64,000 nucleotides of DNA from an uncultured bacterium (lineage in GTDB: Bacteria; Actinomycetota; Actinomycetes; S36-B12), in contig CAVOWW010000023.1 in assembly GCA_963700255.1 (NCBI GenBank), positions 128,403 through 192,402 of the forward strand, in the 5' to 3' direction. Made by a program: the position numbers and the translations under genes. Each line of letters starts with the position of its first letter. Within the stretch, counting starts at the first letter, position 1. The notes beneath the pieces are model-generated. The model was given only the letters and a program-made list of their open reading frames with translations. It was not told the origin of the DNA and made no database searches. Of the stretch, positions 40,038 through 51,823 are shown piece after piece.

Positions 40038-40447
40038 ACCGTCCCGAGGAGATCCGCGCGGCCCTCACGGACAGCACGACCTGGTTCGTGGTGGGCCTCG
40101 CGGACAATCCGGCACGCGAGGCTTACGGCGTTGCGGCCTACCTGCAGCAGCAGGGCAAGCGGATCGTGCCCATCCATCCTCGCGCGGAGGCGGTCCATGG
40201 CGAGCAGGGCTACCCCACGATCGCCGATGCCACCGCGGCGCTCGGCGCACCCGACGTGGTCGACGTCTTCATCAACTCCGAGCATGCGGGCCAGTTCGCC
40301 GATCAGGCGGTCGCCGCAGGGGCTGGCGTCGTGTGGTTCCAGCTGGGCGTCATCGACGTCGACGCCGCGCAGCGCGTCGTCGACGCGGGCGTCGTCATGG
40401 TGATGGATCGCTGCCCCGTGGTCGAGATCCCCCGTCTGCTGTCCTGA
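40034..40447 (+). CDS. CoA-binding protein (YccU-like)
   Basis: VVGLADNP.R, DVVDVF, VWFQLGVID, VMDRCP; ATG overlaps the ugd stop. Confidence 0.88.
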   Translation: MNRPEEIRAALTDSTTWFVVGLADNPAREAYGVAAYLQQQGKRIVPIHPRAEAVHGEQGYPTIADATAALGAPDVVDVFINSEHAGQFADQAVAAGAGVVWFQLGVIDVDAAQRVVDAGVVMVMDRCPVVEIPRLLS

Positions 40448-41600
40448 CGTCCTCGGCCTCGGCCTCGGGGCGCGAGTACGGCTGGCCGATGCGCACGGAC
40501 GCCACCGCCGCTGCCACGAGGACGGCACCCCCGGCCACGTTCTCCCATGAGCCGCCCCCCGTGGTGACGAACAGCCCCGCGAGGGCCAGCAGGAGCAGGA
40601 GCGCCGCGCCCACGAGGTTGACGCGGACGAGCACGGTGAGTCGCCCGGCGGCGATCCAGGTCATCGAGGCGAGCGCGACGAGGACGAGGAACAGGGGAAG
40701 GGTCGACCACTCCGCGGTGAGCTGGACGTCCTTGTCCTCCTCGCCGAAGGCCACGAGGGTGAGGCTCGACAGGCCGGCGGCCGCGCCGATGGCGCCGAAC
40801 ATCAGGACCACGTGCATCAGGAGCCACGCACGCAGCCGTCCCGGTCCCTCCGGGACGCCGGCCGGCATGACGCTGGAGAAGTAAAGGGTCCAGACGGCGA
40901 ACACCACGACGAACGTCAGGGCGAAGTACACGGGGTTCGGGATCGACGACAGGCCGCCGAGCGTGGACACGAGCCCGATGAAGGCCTCACCGAGGACGAT
41001 GATGACCAGCTGGCCGAGTCGCTCACCGAGGTGCTCGGCGTCCACGAGCGAGGCGCACCGTCCGACGACCACGAAGAGCGGGACAGCCGCAACGGCGACG
41101 CCCACGGTGATGATCCAGGTGGGGGCACCGGTGACCGTCCACTCGGCGGAGTCGGGAAGCAGCAGCCCGAGGGCGAGGACGGCCGCGGCGGCGCCTGAAG
41201 CCCAGGCGAGAACGCGGACGTGGCGTCGGACGCCCGGATCGGCAGGCCTGAGCAGGACGTAGGTGGCGCAGACCGCGGCGAAGGCAACCGCGAGCGCTCC
41301 GAACCCGGTCGCGTTCGAGAGTCCCTCGTCGGCAACCGTCCCCAGCGCGGCGATGACGATCGCGAGCATCTGCAGCAGTCCGAGCATCCGTCGGAGCGAG
41401 CTGTCCTCCGGCACGAGGTTGTTGCCGAGAGTGGTCAGGAGCCACAGGACGAACATGATCAGCGTCCATGCGGCAATCCACAGGCCCAGTCCCCACGTGG
41501 GCTTGGCTGCGAAGGTGTGACCCGTGTAGCTGACGGCCGCAACGATGACGAGGTCGTAGAAGAGCTCGAACCAGCCGACCCGCTGGTGCGGCGCGCTCAC
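40395..41600 (-). CDS. Low temperature requirement protein A (LtrA) family membrane protein
   Basis: [27 protein letters not shown]; polytopic. Confidence 0.85.
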   Translation of the reverse strand: MSAPHQRVGWFELFYDLVIVAAVSYTGHTFAAKPTWGLGLWIAAWTLIMFVLWLLTTLGNNLVPEDSSLRRMLGLLQMLAIVIAALGTVADEGLSNATGFGALAVAFAAVCATYVLLRPADPGVRRHVRVLAWASGAAAAVLALGLLLPDSAEWTVTGAPTWIITVGVAVAAVPLFVVVGRCASLVDAEHLGERLGQLVIIVLGEAFIGLVSTLGGLSSIPNPVYFALTFVVVFAVWTLYFSSVMPAGVPEGPGRLRAWLLMHVVLMFGAIGAAAGLSSLTLVAFGEEDKDVQLTAEWSTLPLFLVLVALASMTWIAAGRLTVLVRVNLVGAALLLLLALAGLFVTTGGGSWENVAGGAVLVAAAVASVRIGQPYSRPEAEAEDVRTADGGSRPRGSDPSP

Positions 41601-42088
41601 CGTGCGAGGTTGGCGTTCTTGGCCTTGGCCTGGGCGTTGAGGTCGTCCTGGTAGGCCGCCATGGCGTTGACGAGGTCGTGGTCCGCGATGCCCAGCATGC
41701 GCACCGCGAGCAGCCCGGCGTTGCGGGCGTTGCCGATGGCGACCGTCGCCACCGGGACGCCGGCCGGCATCTGGACGATCGAGAGCAGGGAGTCCATGCC
41801 GTCCAGCGTGGACAGCGGCACCGGAACCCCGATGACGGGGAGCGGCGACAGGGAGGCGAGCATCCCCGGCAGGTGGGCCGCACCGCCCGCGCCGGCGATG
41901 ATCACCTTGATCCCGCGGTCGGCGGCCTCCGAGCCGAAGGCCACCATCTCGCGCGGCATGCGGTGGGCCGACAGCACCATCGCCTCGAAGGGCACGCCGA
42001 AGTCCTCGAGCGCGGAAGCGGCCGCCTGCATGACCGGCCAGTCCGAGTCGCTGCCCATGCAGATCGCGACCAGGGGGCTCTCACTCAT
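41597..42088 (-). CDS. purE: N5-CAIR mutase
   Basis: [38 protein letters not shown]. Confidence 0.96.
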   Translation of the reverse strand: MSESPLVAICMGSDSDWPVMQAAASALEDFGVPFEAMVLSAHRMPREMVAFGSEAADRGIKVIIAGAGGAAHLPGMLASLSPLPVIGVPVPLSTLDGMDSLLSIVQMPAGVPVATVAIGNARNAGLLAVRMLGIADHDLVNAMAAYQDDLNAQAKAKNANLAR

Positions 42089-43235
42089 CGATGACTCCCG
42101 CGAAGTAGTCGGCCGCGTGCCGGCCACGTGCCAATAGTTGCTCATAGTCGGTGCCCACGACGGTGACATGCCCCACCTTGCGGCCGGGCCGGACCTCCTT
42201 GCCGTAGAGGTGCACCTTCAGCCCCGGGTCGCGGGCCAGGACGTGCCGGTACGCGGAGTAGAGGTCGCCGACGTCGCCGCCGAGGATGTTGACCATCACC
42301 GCGTATGGGGCGACCAGGGTCGGGTCCCCGAGCGGCAGGTCGAGCACGGCGCGCAGATGGTTCTCGAACTGGCTCGTTCGCGCACCCTCGATCGACCAGT
42401 GGCCCGAGTTGTGCGGCCGCATGGCGAGCTCGTTGACGTACAGCTCGTAGCCGTCGTCGAACATCTCGACAGCCAGCATCCCCGTCACGTTGAGGTCGCG
42501 CGCGATCCGGAGGGCGATCTCCTGGGCCTCCAGCGCACGCGCGGCCGCCAGGCCCGGCGCCGGGGCGACGACCTCCGCGCAGATGCCGTTCGCCTGCACG
42601 GTGCGCACGACGGGATAGGCCACGGCCTGCCCATGGGGCGAGCGCGCCACCTGGGCCGAGAGCTCCTGCACGAAGTCGATCCGCTCCTCCGCCAGCCACT
42701 GGGCGCCGGCGGCAAGCGGGACGGCGAGGACGTCCGCCGCCTCTCCCGCCGACTCGACCACCCACACCCCGCGGCCGTCGTACCCGCCGCGGGAGGTCTT
42801 GAGCACGACCGGCCAGCCCGTCTCGGCAGCGAACTCCTCGACGTGATCGAGCGCGGAGACCGCCCGCCAGCGGGGGCAGGGCACGTCGATGCCGCTCAGC
42901 GCCTGACGCATATGGATCTTGTCCTGGGCGTGGAAGAGGGCGGCCGGCCCCGGACGCACCGCGACGCCCATGGCTTCCAGCTGCTCCAGATGGGCCGGCG
43001 GCACGTGCTCGTGGTCGAAGGTCACGACGTCGCAGCCCGCGGCCAGTCGGCGCAGCGCCTCGAGGTCGTCGTGCCGGCCCAGCACCACGTCGTGGATGAC
43101 CTGGGCCGCCGACTCCTCGGGCGACGTGGCGAGCACCCGCAGCCCGATCCCGAGAGCCGCAGCCGGGGCGGCGCTCATCCGGGCGAGCTGTCCACCGCCC
43201 ACGATGCCCACACGAGGGGCGCCGTCGAGATCCAC
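42081..43235 (-). CDS. purK: N5-CAIR synthase
   Basis: [39 protein letters not shown]. Confidence 0.96.
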   Translation of the reverse strand: MDLDGAPRVGIVGGGQLARMSAAPAAALGIGLRVLATSPEESAAQVIHDVVLGRHDDLEALRRLAAGCDVVTFDHEHVPPAHLEQLEAMGVAVRPGPAALFHAQDKIHMRQALSGIDVPCPRWRAVSALDHVEEFAAETGWPVVLKTSRGGYDGRGVWVVESAGEAADVLAVPLAAGAQWLAEERIDFVQELSAQVARSPHGQAVAYPVVRTVQANGICAEVVAPAPGLAAARALEAQEIALRIARDLNVTGMLAVEMFDDGYELYVNELAMRPHNSGHWSIEGARTSQFENHLRAVLDLPLGDPTLVAPYAVMVNILGGDVGDLYSAYRHVLARDPGLKVHLYGKEVRPGRKVGHVTVVGTDYEQLLARGRHAADYFAGVIDE

Positions 43236-43273
43236 GAGAGGAACCTACTGCGTGGCGTCCTACACTTCGACGC

Positions 43274-43804
43274 ATGCCCGAGCCCGCCGAACCGGTCGCC
43301 GAGGGCGCCCCCGGGCTGGTCGCGCGCCTGTACTCGCCGATCAGGGCGCTGGTGCACGAGCTCGCCAAGTTCGGGATCGTCGGGGCCGTCGCCTTCGTCA
43401 TCGACGTCGGCCTGTTCAACCTGCTGCTCTACTTCGGCCCGCTGCAGGACAAGCCGTTGACCGCGAAGGTCGTCAGCGTCGTCGCAGCGACAACCTTCGC
43501 CTACTTCGGCAATCGGTTCTGGACCTACCGGAACCGGGGCCGACGCAGCATGCGTCGCGAGTACGTCCTGTTCTTCGTGTTCAACGGCATCGCGTTGCTC
43601 ATCTCGGTGGGCTGCCTGTGGTTCAGCCACTACGTCCTCGGCCTCGACTCGCCCCTCGCCGACAACATCAGCGCGAACGTCGTGGGCGTGCTCCTGGGCA
43701 CGCTGTTCCGGTTCGTCGCCTACCGCACGTGGGTGTTCCCGGCCGTGCCGGACGACCCGGCCGACCAGGAGCTGGCCGAGCGCGACGCAACGACCCCCAT
43801 CTGA
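43274..43804 (+). CDS. GtrA family lipid-carrier flippase
   Basis: KFGIVG, NRFWTY, FRFVAYRTWVF; four TM helices. Confidence 0.9.
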   Translation: MPEPAEPVAEGAPGLVARLYSPIRALVHELAKFGIVGAVAFVIDVGLFNLLLYFGPLQDKPLTAKVVSVVAATTFAYFGNRFWTYRNRGRRSMRREYVLFFVFNGIALLISVGCLWFSHYVLGLDSPLADNISANVVGVLLGTLFRFVAYRTWVFPAVPDDPADQELAERDATTPI

Positions 43805-43810
43805 TCCAGG

Positions 43811-44353
43811 TCAGGTCGAGCTGTTCGGGGGCAGGTCTGTCGTGCCCACGCCCCGGCGGCGCTTCTCGTCCGCCTCGATGAACTCGTACACCTTGCGCTG
43901 GATGTCCTCCACGTCCGGGACATCCCGCACGTCGAGGCCGTCGTTCTCTCCCGCGGACTGGATCTGCAGCTCCCCGTAGTTGAGGATGCGCCCCATCGCC
44001 GGCACGAAGAACGACACGTTGTTGACCTTGGCGAGCGGCATGTCCTTGCCGTGCCGGGTGATGATGCCGGATCGGACGATGATCCTGCGATCGGTGAACA
44101 CGTACTCCGTCGTCAGCCAGCGCAGGAAGGGCACGATCGCCCAGAGCACGAGGATGAGGATTCCGCCGGCCAGGACGACCCAGCGGATGAAGGTGCCGCC
44201 GAGCATCTCGTTGTCGATCCAGAAGTACAGCCACGTCATCCCGAAGACGGTGGCCAGCAGGATGACGATCGGCACGAACAGCGCCCTCCAGTGCGGGCGC
44301 GTCTCGAACTGGATCTTCTCGTCAGGGGCGAGCAGCTTCTGCGGATAGGCCAT
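43811..44353 (-). CDS. Membrane-flanked bacterial PH domain protein
   Basis: RPHW, two TM helices, TEYVFTDRRIIVRSG, GRILNYG.L.I.SAGE. Confidence 0.85.
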   Translation of the reverse strand: MAYPQKLLAPDEKIQFETRPHWRALFVPIVILLATVFGMTWLYFWIDNEMLGGTFIRWVVLAGGILILVLWAIVPFLRWLTTEYVFTDRRIIVRSGIITRHGKDMPLAKVNNVSFFVPAMGRILNYGELQIQSAGENDGLDVRDVPDVEDIQRKVYEFIEADEKRRRGVGTTDLPPNSST

Positions 44354-44355
44354 GG

Positions 44356-45165
44356 TCAGATGGTGGCATGGATGACGTCGCCCGCGGCGACAGACACCGT
44401 TTTCTCCGAGGTGCGCACATGCAGCTGGCCGTCGACGCCGACGCCCACCGCGCGCCCCTGCAGCTGCTCACCGCTCGGCAGCGTCACCGTCACCTCACGG
44501 CCGATGGTCATGCACCGCTCCCGGTAGGCGTCCATCACGTAGTCGCCGCCCGTTCGACGCAGGTCGTCGAGCTGGCCGTGGAGCACGGTGAGGATGTCGA
44601 GGAGCAGGTCGTCGCGGGAGACCGTCGCGCCCTCGAGGAGCATGGACGTGGCTGCGGGGACCGGCAGCTGCTCCGCCAACTGGGCCACGTTGACGCCGAT
44701 GCCGATGACCACCGCATCCTCGCCGTCGGTCTCGGCGAGGATGCCGGCCAGCTTGCGCGGCCCGGGGCTGCCGTCGAGCGCGGGACCGTCCACCACGACG
44801 TCGTTGGGCCACTTGAGCGCCGCGGCCACCCCGTGCCTACGGGCCGACTCGGCCACGGCGACGCCGGCCAGCAGCGGCAGCAGCCCCCGCTGCGGGTCCG
44901 GGGCCATGCGCACGAGCACCGAGAACCACAGGCCTGACCCGGGGGCACTCACCCACGCTCGGCCCAGTCGCCCGCGACCTGCGGTCTGCTCGCCGGCGAC
45001 GACGACGCTCCCCTCGGGAGCGCCACCGCGGGCGAGATCGAGGAGGTCGGCATTGGTCGAACCCGTCGATGCCGTCACGTGCGGCCGCGGCCACGGCACC
45101 TCGCGGTCCGCGAGCCGTCGCTCGACAAGATCGGCATCCACCGGCACCACTGACTCGTTGCTCAC
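44356..45165 (-). CDS. birA: Biotin--protein ligase
   Basis: [34 protein letters not shown]. Confidence 0.94.
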   Translation of the reverse strand: MSNESVVPVDADLVERRLADREVPWPRPHVTASTGSTNADLLDLARGGAPEGSVVVAGEQTAGRGRLGRAWVSAPGSGLWFSVLVRMAPDPQRGLLPLLAGVAVAESARRHGVAAALKWPNDVVVDGPALDGSPGPRKLAGILAETDGEDAVVIGIGVNVAQLAEQLPVPAATSMLLEGATVSRDDLLLDILTVLHGQLDDLRRTGGDYVMDAYRERCMTIGREVTVTLPSGEQLQGRAVGVGVDGQLHVRTSEKTVSVAAGDVIHATI

Positions 45166-45202
45166 ACCACTAAAGTACGCAATTACAGGCCTAGGAGGAG
45201 CG

Positions 45203-46795
45203 ATGAGCGCGGCAACCGTCGACGAGAACAGTCCGGACCGGCGAACTACGGCAGGCAAGGCGGCCGATCTCGCGGACCGTCGCGCCCAGGCGCTCAGTCG
45301 CCGGCAGGACGCGGTCGACAAGCAGCACAAGCGCGGCAAGCAGACCGCGATGGAGCGGGTGGTCGCCCTCCTGGACGAGGACTCCTTCCAGCAGCTCGAC
45401 GGCCTGGCCAAGCACCGGTCCTACGCGTTCGGCCTGGAGAACATCCGTCCGTACGGGGACGGCGTCGTCACCGGCTACGGCACCATCGACGGACGCCCCG
45501 TCTGCGTCTTCGCCCAGGACTTCACCGTCTTCGGCGGCTCCCTGGGCGAGGTCTTCGGCGAGAAGATCGTCAAGGTCATGGACATGGCCATGAAGATCGG
45601 CTGCCCGGTCATCGGGATCAACGACTCGGGCGGCGCCCGCATCCAGGAGGGCGTCGTCGCCCTCGGTCTGTACGGGGAGATCTTCCGGCGCAACGTCGCC
45701 GCGTCCGGCGTCGTCCCGCAGATCTCCCTGGTCATGGGGCCCTGTGCCGGCGGAGCCGTCTACTCTCCCGCGATCACCGACTTCACGATCATGGTCGACC
45801 AGACCTCGCATATGTTCATCACCGGCCCCGACGTCATCAAGACGGTGACCGGCGAGGATGTGGAGTTCGAGGAGCTGGGCGGCGCCCGCACCCACAACTC
45901 CAAGTCGGGTGTCGCGCACTACATGGCCACCGACGAGGACGACGCCCTCGAGTACGTCAAGGCGCTGCTGTCCTACCTGCCGAGCAACAACCTCGAGGAC
46001 CCGCCGACCTACCCGTTCGAGGCCGACCTCGACTTCACCGACGAGGACTACGAGCTCGACACGCTGATGCCCGACTCGACCAACCAGCCCTATGACATGC
46101 ACACCGTCATCGAGCACCTGCTGGACGACGGCGACTTCCTCGAGACCCAGCCCCTGTTCGCCCCGAACATCCTGTGCGGGTTCGGCCGCATCGAGGGCCA
46201 CGCCGTCGGCGTCGTCGCCAACCAGCCGATGCAGTTCGCCGGGACCCTGGACATCGACGCCTCCGAGAAGGCCGCCCGGTTCGTCCGCACCTGCGACGCG
46301 TTCAACCTCCCGGTGATCACGCTCGTCGACGTACCGGGCTTCCTGCCCGGAACCGACCAGGAGTGGGACGGCATCATCCGCCGTGGCGCGAAGCTCATCT
46401 ACGCCTACGCCGAGGCGACCGTGCCGCTCGTCACGATGATCACCCGCAAGGCCTACGGCGGCGCGTACGACGTCATGGGCTCCAAGCACCTCGGCGCCGA
46501 CATCAACCTCGCCTGGCCCACCGCGGAGATCGCCGTGATGGGGGCCCAGGGCGCGGCGAACATCCTGTACCGCAAGGAGATCGCTGCGGCCGAGGATCCG
46601 GATGCCGAGCGCAAGCGCCTCATCGACGAGTACCAGGACGAGCTCGCCAACCCGTACATCGCCGCGGAGCGCGGCTACATCGACCGCGTGATCTTCCCGC
46701 ACGAGTCGCGCATGATGATCACGCGAGCCCTTCGGGCGCTGCGCAACAAGCGGGCCAACCGGCCGCCGCGCAAGCACGGGAACATCCCGCTGTGA
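45203..46795 (+). CDS. pccB: Acyl-CoA (propionyl-CoA) carboxylase beta subunit
   Basis: GGAGGAG RBS; [47 protein letters not shown]. Confidence 0.93.
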   Translation: MSAATVDENSPDRRTTAGKAADLADRRAQALSRRQDAVDKQHKRGKQTAMERVVALLDEDSFQQLDGLAKHRSYAFGLENIRPYGDGVVTGYGTIDGRPVCVFAQDFTVFGGSLGEVFGEKIVKVMDMAMKIGCPVIGINDSGGARIQEGVVALGLYGEIFRRNVAASGVVPQISLVMGPCAGGAVYSPAITDFTIMVDQTSHMFITGPDVIKTVTGEDVEFEELGGARTHNSKSGVAHYMATDEDDALEYVKALLSYLPSNNLEDPPTYPFEADLDFTDEDYELDTLMPDSTNQPYDMHTVIEHLLDDGDFLETQPLFAPNILCGFGRIEGHAVGVVANQPMQFAGTLDIDASEKAARFVRTCDAFNLPVITLVDVPGFLPGTDQEWDGIIRRGAKLIYAYAEATVPLVTMITRKAYGGAYDVMGSKHLGADINLAWPTAEIAVMGAQGAANILYRKEIAAAEDPDAERKRLIDEYQDELANPYIAAERGYIDRVIFPHESRMMITRALRALRNKRANRPPRKHGNIPL

Positions 46796-46857
46796 CGGGC
46801 CGAGGAGTGAGGGCGTGGGGCGAAGCGACACGCGTTGAGCCCCGGAGGGACGGCACC

Positions 46858-47082
46858 ATGGACGCTGTGAGCGACGTCGAGCGCAAGCAGCCACTCCTGC
46901 GGGTCGTGGCCGGGTCGCCCACGGCCGATGAGCTGGCGGTCGTGGTGGCCGTCCTGTCCACTCGCGGCGGAGCCGGCGAGGAGCAGCCCGCCTTCAGCCT
47001 CTGGGCGCGCAAGAGCCGCAACATCCGGCCCACCCAGCGCCCCGGGTTCGGCGCCTGGCGCGCCTCGATGATGCCCCGCTAG
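46858..47082 (+). CDS. Acyl-CoA carboxylase epsilon subunit
   Basis: LRVVAGSPTADELAVVVAVL..W..AWRAS; follows the beta subunit. Confidence 0.85.
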   Translation: MDAVSDVERKQPLLRVVAGSPTADELAVVVAVLSTRGGAGEEQPAFSLWARKSRNIRPTQRPGFGAWRASMMPR

Positions 47083-47089
47083 GCAGTCC

Positions 47090-47707
47090 GTGACCGAACT
47101 GGTCCTCGCTTCGGCCTCCCCCGCCCGGCACACCCTGCTCGCCAACGCGGGAGTCGTGCCCCAGATCGTCGTGAGCAACGTCGACGAGGAGGCCCTGGCC
47201 GCGCAGCTCGGCCCGCTGGCCCCTGCCGACCTGTGCCTGGCACTGGCCCGCGCGAAGGCACGCGACGTCGCGGAACGACTGGTGTCGAGTCACGACGTGG
47301 TGGTCGTCGGGTGCGACTCGGTGCTCGACGTCGGGGGCGTCGCCTTCGGCAAGCCCGCATCCGCGCAGGAGGCCAAGGAGCGCTGGCTGCGGGACATGGC
47401 CGGCCGCAGCGCGGTGCTGCGCACCGGTCACTGGGTCGTCCGGCCGTCGACCGGGGACGAGGTCGGCGAGGTGGCCAGCACCACGGTCTGGCACGCCACC
47501 CCGAGCGAGCGGGAGCTCGACGCCTACATCGCCACGGGTGAGCCGCTTCGGGTCGCCGGCGGGTTCACCCTCGATGGACTCGGCGGTCCCTTCGTCGAGC
47601 GAATCGACGGCGACCCGTCGAACGTCATCGGCCTGTCCCTGCCTCTCCTGCGTCTCCTGCTCCTGAGCGTCGGCGTCGTCTGGACCGACCTGTGGCCTTC
47701 GCCATAG
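47090..47707 (+). CDS. maf: Maf nucleotide pyrophosphatase
   Basis: LASASPAR, VDE, GCDSV, GKP, AGGFTLDG, NVIGLS. Confidence 0.92.
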   Translation: MTELVLASASPARHTLLANAGVVPQIVVSNVDEEALAAQLGPLAPADLCLALARAKARDVAERLVSSHDVVVVGCDSVLDVGGVAFGKPASAQEAKERWLRDMAGRSAVLRTGHWVVRPSTGDEVGEVASTTVWHATPSERELDAYIATGEPLRVAGGFTLDGLGGPFVERIDGDPSNVIGLSLPLLRLLLLSVGVVWTDLWPSP

Positions 47708-47801
47708 TCCCTGATCCGCCACGGGATCCTCACAGTCGATACGCTGCCTCGCGGGTCCCACGCGAATCCCGGGATGCCACCACAGAGAGGGTTCTCACGA
47801 C

Positions 47802-49556
47802 GTGCATACAGTCCTGATCGCCAACCGCGGCGAGATCGCCATCCGCGTCATCCGGGCCTGCAAGGACGCCGGGCTCAAGTCCGTGGCGGTGTACGCGGAC
47901 CCCGACCGGGACGCCCTGCACGTCCGGCTCGCCGATCAGGCCTTCGCCCTCGGCGGATCGACGGCGGCCGAGAGCTACCTCGTCATGGACAAGATCCTGC
48001 ACGCCGCCCGCGAGTCCGGCGCGGATGCGGTCCACCCCGGCTACGGCTTCCTCTCCGAGAATGCCGACTTCGCCCAGGCCGTCATCGATGCCGGGCTGAC
48101 CTGGATCGGGCCGCCGCCGGATGCCATCCGCTCCCTCGGCGACAAGGTCTCCGCCCGGCACATCGCCCAGCGGGCCGGAGCGCCGCAGGTGCCCGGAACC
48201 GCGAACCCCGTGACCGGTGCGGACGAGGTCGTGGCTTTCGCCCAGGAGTACGGCCTCCCCGTCGCCATCAAGGCGGCATTCGGCGGCGGCGGACGCGGCC
48301 TCAAGGTCGCCCGCAGCCTCGAGGAGATCCCCGACCTCTACGACTCCGCCGTCCGCGAGGCCGTGGCCGCCTTCGGCCGTGGCGAGTGCTTCGTCGAGCG
48401 CTACCTCGACAACCCCCGTCACGTCGAGACCCAGGTGCTCGCCGACATGCACGGCAACGTCGTCGTCGTCTCCACCCGCGACTGCTCGCTGCAGCGTCGC
48501 CACCAGAAGCTCGTCGAGGAGGCTCCTGCGCCCTTCCTGACGGAGGACCAGCTCGCACGCCTCTACGCCTCCTCCAAGGCGATCATCAAGGAGGCTGGCT
48601 ACTACAACGCCGGCACCTGCGAGTTCCTCGTCGGCAGCGACGGCACGATCTCGTTCCTCGAGGTGAACACCCGCCTCCAGGTCGAGCACCCCGTCACCGA
48701 GGAGGTCGCCGGCATCGACCTCGTTCGCGAGCAGTTCCGCGTTGCCGAGGGTGGCACCATCGACTACCCGGACCCCGTCCTCCGCGGTCACTCGTTCGAG
48801 TTCCGCATCAACGGCGAGGATCCCGGCCGCAACTTCCTGCCCGCGCCCGGCGTGCTGTCCGTCTGGAAGCCGCCGAGCGGCCCGGGCGTGCGGGTCGACT
48901 CCGGCTTCGAGGCCGGCGACGTCATCGGCGGCAACTTCGACTCCCTCCTCGCGAAGCTCATCGTGACGGGCGCCACCCGTGAGGAGGCGCTCGAGCGATC
49001 CCGCCGCGCACTCGACGAGTTCGAGGTCGAGGGCATCGCGACGGCGATCACCTTCCACCGCGTCGTCGTCCGCGACCCGGCCTTCGCCCCCGCACCCGGC
49101 GTCGACTTCAGCGTGCACACCCGCTGGATCGAGACCGAGTTCGACAACACCATCCCCGCCTACACCGGCGCATCGGATGCCCTGGTCGAGCCGGACGCCC
49201 GTGAGACCGTCGTCGTGGAGGTCGGTGGCAAGCGCGTCGAGGTGACGCTGCCCGCCGGCCTGGGCGCCCCGGCCGGCGCGCCCGCGGGGGCGGCCCCCAA
49301 GAAGCGCAAGGCCGGCAAGAAGGCCGGTTCCGGAGCGACCGGCGACTCCCTCGTGGCCCCGATGCAGGGCACGATCGTCAAGGTCGAGGTCTCGGAGGGC
49401 CAGGAGGTGTCGGAGGGCGACCTCATCGTGGTCCTCGAGGCCATGAAGATGGAGCAGCCGCTGACCGCCCACAAGGCCGGCACCATCGAGAAGCTCACCG
49501 CCGAGGTGGGTGCCACCGTCCCGACGGGCACCGTTCTCTGCGAGATCAAGGGCTGA
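47802..49556 (+). CDS. bccA: Acyl-CoA carboxylase alpha subunit (biotin carboxylase + BCCP)
   Basis: [38 protein letters not shown] biotinylation site. Confidence 0.94.
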   Translation: MHTVLIANRGEIAIRVIRACKDAGLKSVAVYADPDRDALHVRLADQAFALGGSTAAESYLVMDKILHAARESGADAVHPGYGFLSENADFAQAVIDAGLTWIGPPPDAIRSLGDKVSARHIAQRAGAPQVPGTANPVTGADEVVAFAQEYGLPVAIKAAFGGGGRGLKVARSLEEIPDLYDSAVREAVAAFGRGECFVERYLDNPRHVETQVLADMHGNVVVVSTRDCSLQRRHQKLVEEAPAPFLTEDQLARLYASSKAIIKEAGYYNAGTCEFLVGSDGTISFLEVNTRLQVEHPVTEEVAGIDLVREQFRVAEGGTIDYPDPVLRGHSFEFRINGEDPGRNFLPAPGVLSVWKPPSGPGVRVDSGFEAGDVIGGNFDSLLAKLIVTGATREEALERSRRALDEFEVEGIATAITFHRVVVRDPAFAPAPGVDFSVHTRWIETEFDNTIPAYTGASDALVEPDARETVVVEVGGKRVEVTLPAGLGAPAGAPAGAAPKKRKAGKKAGSGATGDSLVAPMQGTIVKVEVSEGQEVSEGDLIVVLEAMKMEQPLTAHKAGTIEKLTAEVGATVPTGTVLCEIKG

Positions 49557-49567
49557 GCTGACCCGGC

Positions 49568-49972
49568 ATGGGGCACCAGGTCGGGAACCTTCTGCCGGAT
49601 CACTCGGTCATCGAGGTCCGCTACTTCGGCCATGTCACGGCTGCCGACCTCACCGAGGCCTTCACCGAGTGCCTCGCAGTGGCCATGGAGCTGGACACCT
49701 GGCTGCTGCTCGCCGACTGCACGGAACTCGCGTGGACGCCGACGATCACCGATCTCAAGGACCTCGTCGACGCGCTCTCCGCCCTCGGGGTGACCGATCG
49801 CTTCCGCGAGGCCGTGGTCCGGCCGTCAGACGTCACTGCCGCCGTCTCCGTCGGGTTCTGGGAGACCGCGGGTGTCAACCGCGGGCTCGCCATCCGGGCC
49901 TTTCGCACCCGGACCGAGGCCCTCGACTGGCTTGAGGCGGGTGACGACCGGCTGGTGCCTGCGTCCGAATGA
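49568..49972 (+). CDS. Hypothetical STAS/SEC14-like protein
   Basis: G.VT..D, LLAD, EAVV, RAFRT..EALDWL pattern. Confidence 0.55.
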   Translation: MGHQVGNLLPDHSVIEVRYFGHVTAADLTEAFTECLAVAMELDTWLLLADCTELAWTPTITDLKDLVDALSALGVTDRFREAVVRPSDVTAAVSVGFWETAGVNRGLAIRAFRTRTEALDWLEAGDDRLVPASE

Positions 49973-49986
49973 CGTAACGTGGAAGC

Positions 49987-51282
49987 ATGCGCCGCATCGC
50001 CACAGCCCTGATCGCCCTGTTCGCCGCTGCCACCGTCACCCTGGCGGCAGCACCGGTCGCGTCGGCCGCGCCCGACGTGAGCGAGGCAGCGGCCGCGCTG
50101 CGGAGCGGGGACCCCGTCTACAGCTCGCCCGACGCGGAGAACGCCCTCAGCGGAGCCGAGCTCACGGCCCTCTCGGACCAGATCCTGGCGAGCGACGTCC
50201 CCCAGTTCATCGCCGTCCTCCCCGAGGCCGCCGCCGGCGGCGGCACGGCTGACGACGTGCTCGTGGCGCTCAAGGACGACGTGGGCCTCGCCGGTGTCTA
50301 TGCGGTCGTGGTCGGCGACCAGTTCCGGGCCGGGTCGACCGCCCAGTCGGTGGCCGACCTGGCGACGGAGGCGTTCCGCTCGCAGCGGGACGCCGGGGTG
50401 GCGGCGGTCCTGTCGGAGTTCGTCTCCCTCACCGACGCGCGCTTCAGCAGCGGCAGCACGGGCGAGTCGTCCTCGGGCGGCAGCGGATCCGGCGTCCTGA
50501 TCCTGCTCCTCGTGCTGATCATCGGCGGCGTCGTCGTGATCGTCGTGTTCTCCCGTCGTGCCAGGAAGACCCGCGAGCTGCAGCTCACGGCTGTGCGCAA
50601 GACCGTGGACGAGGACATCACGGAGTACGGAGAGCGGCTTGGCTCGTTCAGCCTCGCCGACCCGGACTTCGACGACGCCACGCGCGCCGACATGCAGCGC
50701 GCGCTCGACAGCTACGACCGCGCGAAGTCGTCCGTCGCGCTGATGCGCAGCCCCGCGGACGCGGCGAACGTGACCACGGCCCTCGAGGACGGTCGGTACG
50801 CCCTCGCCTGCGTCGACGCCCGGCTCGCGCACGAGCCGCTGCCCGAGCGGCGTCCGCCCTGCTTCGTCGACCCCCGCCACGGGCCGAGCGTCGCGGACGT
50901 GGTCTGGGCACCTCCCGGGCTCGGCGAGCGTGACGTCCCGATGTGCGCCGCCTGCCGGACGACCGTCGAGACCGGCGGCCAGCCGCACAGCCTGGAGGTG
51001 GCCACCGCGGGTGGCAGCCGGCCGTACTACCAGGCCGGGCCCGAGTACGGCGCCTACGCGCAGGGCTACTACTCCCCGTTCGCCGGGGTCATGACCGCCG
51101 TCGTCATGGGCACCATGCTGAGCAGCATGTGGGCCGTGCCGGGGGTGACGGCCGCGTCCGGCATGGACAGCGCGGGTCTGGGCGGCGGCGACGGGTCCGG
51201 CTTCGGGGGCTTCGGTGGGGGCGGCGGGGACTTCGGCGGCGGCGGCTTCGGCGGCGGGGACTTCGGCGGCGGAGACTTCTGA
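49987..51282 (+). CDS. Conserved membrane protein (TPM-like N-domain, Cys/His motif, Gly-rich tail)
   Basis: Signal peptide, TM helix, PPCFVDPRHG..CAAC, GGGDF repeats. Confidence 0.7.
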   Translation: MRRIATALIALFAAATVTLAAAPVASAAPDVSEAAAALRSGDPVYSSPDAENALSGAELTALSDQILASDVPQFIAVLPEAAAGGGTADDVLVALKDDVGLAGVYAVVVGDQFRAGSTAQSVADLATEAFRSQRDAGVAAVLSEFVSLTDARFSSGSTGESSSGGSGSGVLILLLVLIIGGVVVIVVFSRRARKTRELQLTAVRKTVDEDITEYGERLGSFSLADPDFDDATRADMQRALDSYDRAKSSVALMRSPADAANVTTALEDGRYALACVDARLAHEPLPERRPPCFVDPRHGPSVADVVWAPPGLGERDVPMCAACRTTVETGGQPHSLEVATAGGSRPYYQAGPEYGAYAQGYYSPFAGVMTAVVMGTMLSSMWAVPGVTAASGMDSAGLGGGDGSGFGGFGGGGGDFGGGGFGGGDFGGGDF

Positions 51283-51287
51283 GCGGG

Positions 51288-51744
51288 CTACTCCTCGCCC
51301 AGGGCCCGACAGGGGTGCTCGCGCAGCCGCTCGACGTAGTCCGCAGGTGCGCCCCCGGCCTCGGCCGCGTCGGCAATGACCCCGAGGTAGTGCGCTGACG
51401 GCAGGCCGCCCTCGTACGCGTCGAGCACGTACAGCCAGGCCAGCGGATCCCCGTCGAGGGTGTGGACGCGTACCCGGATCTTCCGCCACAGGCCGAGGTC
51501 GGTCCCCTCCCAGGCATCGAGGGCCTGCTCGTCCTGCGGCGGGACGTCGTAGAGCATGACGAACACGGACGAGTCCGTCGTCCTCGACGACCGTCGACAG
51601 GGCGCCGTCCCAGCCCACGTCCTCGCCCGCGAAGGTCAGCCGCCAGCCCCGCAGCCAGCCCGTGCCCCGCCCGGGCGACGCCGGCGCACGCTGGGCCATC
51701 CGGTGCGGGTCGAGGTTCGATCCGTAGGCGGCATAGAGGGTCAC
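51288..51744 (-). CDS. Gamma-glutamylcyclotransferase family protein; frameshift at ~51575
   Basis: YAAYGSNL..M..RAP, GWRLTF, then FVMLYDV..LDAWEG, LPSAHYL. Confidence 0.85.
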
Positions 51745-51823
51745 GGCCACCAGCGTAAGGAATGCGGACACCCGTACGGAAGAATGCGCGCGTGACCGAC
51801 GTGCGGACCAGGAAGCCAGCCTC

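Noticed and set aside
46796-46857. Imperfect hairpin ggggcgaagcg...gagcccc between pccB and the epsilon subunit gene
   Set aside because: Single weak copy in the window; cannot support a repeat family or RNA element.
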